The position numbers and the translations under genes are program-made. DNA of 34,167 bases, from positions 1 through 34,167 of the forward strand of contig CDRNVI010000113.1 in assembly GCA_977017575.1 (NCBI GenBank), read 5' to 3'. How positions within the stretch are numbered: position 1 is the first letter of the stretch; each line of letters opens with the position of its first letter. The notes under the pieces were generated by a model. That model ran no database searches. It saw only the letters and a list, made by a program, of their open reading frames with translations, and had not been told where the DNA came from. Below are positions 33,302-34,167 of the stretch, in pieces. The DNA is from Paramoeba atlantica. Lineage: Eukaryota; Protista; Discosea.

Positions 33302-34167
33302 ATGAATGAGATCACATATCGCACTGAATCAGACAGTATGGGTGACATCCAAGTACCGAGCAACGCATATTGGGGTGCACAAACACAACGCTCTTTACAC
33401 CACTTTGCCATTGGTGATCCGCATGCTGACCGTATGCCACTAGCGGTTGTGCGTGCAATGGGTATTTTAAAACATGCTTGTGCACTGGCTAATAATAAAT
33501 TAGAAAAATTACCTAACGATAAAGCTGAATTAATCATTCAAGCAGCAACTGAAATATACCAAGGAAAGTTGGATGCACATTTTCCATTACGCATTTGGCA
33601 AACCGGTAGTGGTACTCAAACTAATATGAATACTAACGAAGTGATTGCTAACCGCGCCATTGAAATTACCGGTGGCACATTAGGTAGCAAAACGCCAATC
33701 CACCCAAATGATCATGTTAACATGTCACAATCATCCAATGATACCTTTCCAACAGCAATGTACATTGCTGCGGCAATTGGATTAACCCAAGAATTAATCC
33801 CTGCTGTTACCCAATTGCATGAAGCCTTAGCCACTAAAGCCGCTGCTTATCGTGATATTATTAAAATTGGACGTACTCATTTACAAGATGCCGTGCCGTT
33901 GAGTCTAGGCCAAGAATTTTCAGGGTATGTTGCACAATTAGAACATGCATTGGATGGTATTAAACACAGCTTAGATGGCTTATACCAATTGGCTATCGGT
34001 GGTACCGCGGTTGGTACTGGTTTAAACGCTCATCCAGAGTTTGCTACGTTAACTGCACAATACATTGCAGAATTGACTAAATTACCGTTACCTCTGCACC
34101 GAATAAGTTTGCAGCGTTAGCAGCACACGATGCCTTAGTGAGCGCCAGTGGCAGTTTAAAAACATTG
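33302..34167 (+). CDS. fumC: Class II fumarate hydratase, 3' end truncated by the window, 1-nt deletion near 34090
   Basis: [61 protein letters not shown] and [10 protein letters not shown]. After the shift it continues [16 protein letters not shown]. Confidence 0.97.

Noticed and set aside
29228-33537. Overlapping ORFs 29228-29497, 29575-29778, 30950-31177, 31697-32026 and 33274-33537
   Set aside because: Antisense or alternative-frame shadows of the ankyrin, parC and fumC genes.

Overview
The window joins two unrelated genomes. Bases 1 to ~28,560 are a very AT-rich, compact protist mitochondrial genome with every gene on the + strand, no visible introns, and genetic code 4 (TGA=Trp, matched by a tRNA-Trp with a UCA anticodon). 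Gene order: cob (5' end missing), a putative atp4, nad3, atp6, nad4L, nad5, nad6, nad11, nad1, nad4, nad2, rps2, rps4, atp1, cox2, cox3, cox1, a 13-tRNA cluster, atp9, rnl, rns, six further tRNAs around the rRNAs, rps11, a possible rps19, nad9, nad7 and rpl11. Fourteen of the 19 tRNAs have mismatches at acceptor-stem pairs 1-3, the signature of Acanthamoeba-type 5' tRNA editing. Together with the gene content, this suggests an amoebozoan-like host (inference). From ~28,570 to the end the sequence is gammaproteobacterial and probably Legionellales-like (inference). It carries an ankyrin-repeat protein, an SDR oxidoreductase, parC, a partial fumC and two related REP-like palindromes. Single-base indels occur in both parts and are densest near and beyond the junction. 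The simplest reading is a low-coverage long-read or amplification chimera of an amoeba mitochondrion and an amoeba-associated bacterium. A real integration cannot be excluded from sequence alone.
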